This document shows, piece after piece, positions 61,012 to 64,000 of a stretch of 64,000 nt of DNA. The stretch spans positions 6,925 to 70,924 of the forward strand of contig JAPOKN010000002.1 in NCBI GenBank assembly GCA_029977605.1. The letters are read 5' to 3'. Both the position numbers and the translations under genes were made by a program. A model generated the notes under the pieces. That model was not told where the DNA came from. It worked only from the letters and a program-made list of their open reading frames with translations, and did no database searches. The first letter of the stretch is position 1, and each line of letters starts with the position of its first letter. This DNA comes from Methanobacteriota archaeon (GTDB lineage: Archaea > Thermoplasmatota > Poseidoniia > MGIII > CG-Epi1).

Positions 61012-62445
61012 ATGGCTAAGAAAGTAATATTAGAAGCGGGACGAACTTTTAGTGAATTTAGTCTTTTAACCGACTACACGTCAAAAGATTGTAACTTAAA
61101 CAATATTAACTTGAAATCTAATTTAGGTCAATTAAGCCTAGGTATTCCGTTTTTGAGTGCCGCTATGACATCTGTAACTGGATACGAAATGGCTCTTGCG
61201 TTAGGTAAAGAAGGAGGGTTAGGCGTTTTACCTGCTAGACTATCCATAAAGGAGCAAGTTGATATTATCAACAAGATTAAAGGATATGAAATGGGGTTTG
61301 TTGAAGATCCTGTATCTGTAAGGGACAATGCTACTATAGATGAAGCTGTAAGATTAGTTGAAAAGCATGGACACTCAAAAATACCTGTAACTGATAGAAA
61401 TAATGTATTTTTAGGATTATTTAATTTTGATAAGTATTTAGAAAGCAATGAAACTCCTGCTGAAAATATCCTCTCAATTATGACAAGTGTGGATGAATTG
61501 CCTCATACAAAAAACTCAGAAATAACAGTTAAACAGGCAAAAAAGGAATTAGAAGAAAATAATTATTTGATTGTATTAGATGACTTAGGTCGTTTGGAAA
61601 AAATTGCATTCAAAAAGGATGTGGAAAATATAGTAGTAGGTGCTGCAATATCAACACATAAAGGGTGGAAAAAACGCGTAAGAGCTTGCGATGAAGCTGG
61701 TGCTGATATATTTGTCATAGATACTTCAGATGCTTACAATGAATTTACGTCAAAAGTTCTAAAAGATTATGCAAAAATGAAACTCGGTAAACCCATTTGT
61801 GCAGGTAATGTAATTACATATGAAGGTGCTAAATTTCTCATGGAAAGCGGAGCTGATGTAATCAAAGTTGGTATGTCATCTGGTTCAATCTGTACAACAC
61901 AGAGAGAAAAAGCGACCGGACGCGCCCCTATGACTGCTTTAATGGAGGTTGAAAGGGCCAGAGCTGATTACCTAAAGGAATCTGGGAAATATGTTTCAAT
62001 TATAATTGACGGGGGTGTATCAGATGCAGGAAGTATGATTATTGCACTAAGTATTGCTGATGCCGTTATGATGGGAGGATATTTTAATCACTTTTTTGAG
62101 GCTGAAGGCGAAAAGTATGATGCGAATATGCAACAAACAACGCACGAGCCTGACATAAAATATGTCGCAACCTGGGGTGAAGGATCATCTCGTGCACGTA
62201 ATTTAGATCGATATGGACATGTAGCTCGAAAAACCTTTTTTGCTGAAGGTGAAGAAGGAACTGTAGAGAATTGGGGAAGATTAAAACCAAAACTAAAGCA
62301 AGACATCCGTAAAATTAAAGCTGCATTAAGCAATACGGGATGCATGAACTTAAAAGATTATCACAAAAAAGCAACCATCGAACTAATGTCGCCTTACACT
62401 CAAAACATAGTAGGCGATACTCATGACATGAAGGTCAAGGAATAA
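61012..62445 (+). CDS. IMP dehydrogenase-family protein with CBS pair (divergent GuaB-like)
   Basis: 477 aa. TIM-barrel start (LGIPFLSAAMTSVT), a CBS-like insert (aa ~95-200), the catalytic-Cys loop GMSSGSICTTQ, DGG(V), and the flap DRYG...AEGEEG. Confidence 0.72.
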   Translation: MAKKVILEAGRTFSEFSLLTDYTSKDCNLNNINLKSNLGQLSLGIPFLSAAMTSVTGYEMALALGKEGGLGVLPARLSIKEQVDIINKIKGYEMGFVEDPVSVRDNATIDEAVRLVEKHGHSKIPVTDRNNVFLGLFNFDKYLESNETPAENILSIMTSVDELPHTKNSEITVKQAKKELEENNYLIVLDDLGRLEKIAFKKDVENIVVGAAISTHKGWKKRVRACDEAGADIFVIDTSDAYNEFTSKVLKDYAKMKLGKPICAGNVITYEGAKFLMESGADVIKVGMSSGSICTTQREKATGRAPMTALMEVERARADYLKESGKYVSIIIDGGVSDAGSMIIALSIADAVMMGGYFNHFFEAEGEKYDANMQQTTHEPDIKYVATWGEGSSRARNLDRYGHVARKTFFAEGEEGTVENWGRLKPKLKQDIRKIKAALSNTGCMNLKDYHKKATIELMSPYTQNIVGDTHDMKVKE

Positions 62446-63400
62446 TCTCTAGCAATTTATCTTTGAAAAAATCAATACCTTCTTCTTTATAGGCAGATAC
62501 TTCAATTGCATCTTCAAAATTAACTTCATTTTCAAAATCTAAATCTTTCTTACTGAATATATCAACCCATTGACAATTAGGATATCTTAGTTTTAATTCA
62601 TCACGCAAATTAGTTTGCATTTCAATTGAGTATCCGGAAGTACCTGTCAAGTCTGTCAAAAAGACAATTATAGGTTCCAAATAATCAAAGGCTGCTATGC
62701 CTTGCTTTTCCATATCATTTCTCTCTGAGTCTGGACGATCTAGCAAACCTGGAGTGTCCATAACTTGCAGTACAGTATATTTTTTCTTAATGTGACCTAG
62801 AGAAACTGCCTTTGTTGTAAAGGGGTAACTTTTCACTTCTGGCTTACCTGAAGAAACAGCACCTATCAAGCTAGATTTACCCACGTTAGGAGCTCCAGCA
62901 AAAACTGCAATTGGTGACTCTGTATCAACATTGGGAAGATTACGAAAAATAGATCTTGCCGAAATTAAAAAATCAAAACTTTTAGATATTTGTCTAACAA
63001 CATTAGTCATCTTAGTATAGGCTTCACTCATAATTTTCATAGTATTATCTGCACTCTTTCTCGCCCTGGCACGAGGCACATACTTAGTCGAAATCATCAA
63101 TATCTCTTTTCTAGCCCAATCAATAGCTCCCAAAGATTTTTTTAGCATATCAACTCCTACTGTAAGATCAATAATCTCCCTGTCAAAAGGGTGAATACTA
63201 TCAAAAGATGGAAATGCTTTAACATAACTAATCATAGGATTAGCCAAATTATCTGCTACTGAGTGAATTTTTCTAACTGCAGTAAGTCTTGCCCTGTAAT
63301 CGGGATTTCTAACCTTTTCTTCAACTTTTGAAGCTCTACGTAGTGCCCTATCAATTAATTCTTCGGAAGTCGCAATATTCTTGATTTCTTGGAGATTCAC
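62435..63400 (-). CDS. NOG1/Nog1-like GTP-binding protein (archaeal ribosome-biogenesis GTPase family)
   Basis: 321 aa. N-terminal NOG1-type helical domain, G1 [10 protein letters not shown]3 DTPG, and a degenerate G4 motif. It overlaps icd by 4 nt. Confidence 0.78.
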   Translation of the reverse strand: MNLQEIKNIATSEELIDRALRRASKVEEKVRNPDYRARLTAVRKIHSVADNLANPMISYVKAFPSFDSIHPFDREIIDLTVGVDMLKKSLGAIDWARKEILMISTKYVPRARARKSADNTMKIMSEAYTKMTNVVRQISKSFDFLISARSIFRNLPNVDTESPIAVFAGAPNVGKSSLIGAVSSGKPEVKSYPFTTKAVSLGHIKKKYTVLQVMDTPGLLDRPDSERNDMEKQGIAAFDYLEPIIVFLTDLTGTSGYSIEMQTNLRDELKLRYPNCQWVDIFSKKDLDFENEVNFEDAIEVSAYKEEGIDFFKDKLLEIIP

Positions 63401-64000
63401 AGATTTTCAATAATGGCATTACCAAATTCACTACATTTTAACAATTTAGCACCATCCATTAGCCTCTCAAAGTCATATGTGACTGTTTTAGCTCCGATAG
63501 TCTTCTGCATTCCTTCAATAATTAGATCTGCAGCCTCTTTCCAACCAAGATATCTTAGAAGCATTTCACCAGATAAGATGACTGAACCTGGATTTACCTT
63601 ATCCTGCCCGGCATATTTTGGAGCTGTGCCGTGAGTAGCCTCAAACAAGGCATGGCCTGAATCATAATTTATATTTGCACCTGGAGCTATACCAATTCCT
63701 CCTACTTGGGCTGCTAATGCATCGGAAATGTAATCTCCGTTTAGATTTAATGTTGTTATTACATCATACTCAGAAGGTCGAGTCAATATCTGTTGGAGCA
63801 TTGCATCAGCAATTACATCCTTAACAATTACATCCTTACCTGTCTTTGGATTTTTAAAGACGTGCCAAGGACCTCCATCGAGCGGATTAGCTCCAAATTC
63901 TTCTCGTGAAATTTCATATCCCCAATCTCTGAAACCACCTTCAGTAAATTTCATAATATTTCCTTTATGTACTAGAGTAACAGATGATTTATCATTATCA
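63397..64000 (-). CDS. icd: isocitrate dehydrogenase (NADP), C-terminal part; 5' end lies beyond window end
   Basis: The reading frame stays open upstream of the tracked Met: ...[23 protein letters not shown]... Further motifs are [26 protein letters not shown] and [13 protein letters not shown]. Confidence 0.88.
   Translation of the reverse strand, partial: DNDKSSVTLVHKGNIMKFTEGGFRDWGYEISREEFGANPLDGGPWHVFKNPKTGKDVIVKDVIADAMLQQILTRPSEYDVITTLNLNGDYISDALAAQVGGIGIAPGANINYDSGHALFEATHGTAPKYAGQDKVNPGSVILSGEMLLRYLGWKEAADLIIEGMQKTIGAKTVTYDFERLMDGAKLLKCSEFGNAIIENL

Overview
AT-rich, very tightly packed (mostly 0-100 nt spacers, many 1-10 nt overlaps) archaeal chromosome segment. The archaeal assignment rests on PCNA, two TFB/TFIIB paralogues, aCPSF1 (KH + beta-CASP), proteasome beta, PAC2-like chaperone, uL16/L10e, Gar1, Elp3, archaeal-type D-Tyr-tRNA deacylase, Sec61-beta and SepF. 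The low GC, large secreted or anchored proteases and adhesin-like proteins, and many bacterial-looking metabolic genes suggest a marine planktonic Thermoplasmatota lineage such as Marine Group II/III. That placement is inference only. Recognisable blocks are: a succinyl-CoA synthetase + succinate dehydrogenase + icd TCA set; a purine salvage cluster (permease-apt-hpt-guaC-guaB-like, purA elsewhere); and isoprenoid genes (class-II-like HMG-CoA reductase, squalene/phytoene-synthase-like, isopentenyl phosphate kinase). One tRNA-Cys(GCA) is present. I saw no rRNA, CRISPR array, transposase or integrase. The most unusual locus is a divergent gene pair at 11607-17149. One gene encodes a 4-TM protein with a ~450-aa coiled coil ending in a GreA/GreB-type C-terminal domain. 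The other encodes a zinc-ribbon + ~10-TM + McrB-family AAA+ NTPase fusion, and no McrC nuclease is nearby. Other leads are a GC/G-run-rich ~80-nt island ending in T7 in the largest intergenic gap (candidate ncRNA), an unannotated 47-aa Cys-rich ORF, an Elp3/PP-loop amidoligase-like operon, and a single-subunit Cys/His-rich SDH membrane anchor. All functional calls come from reading motifs by eye. No database search was run.
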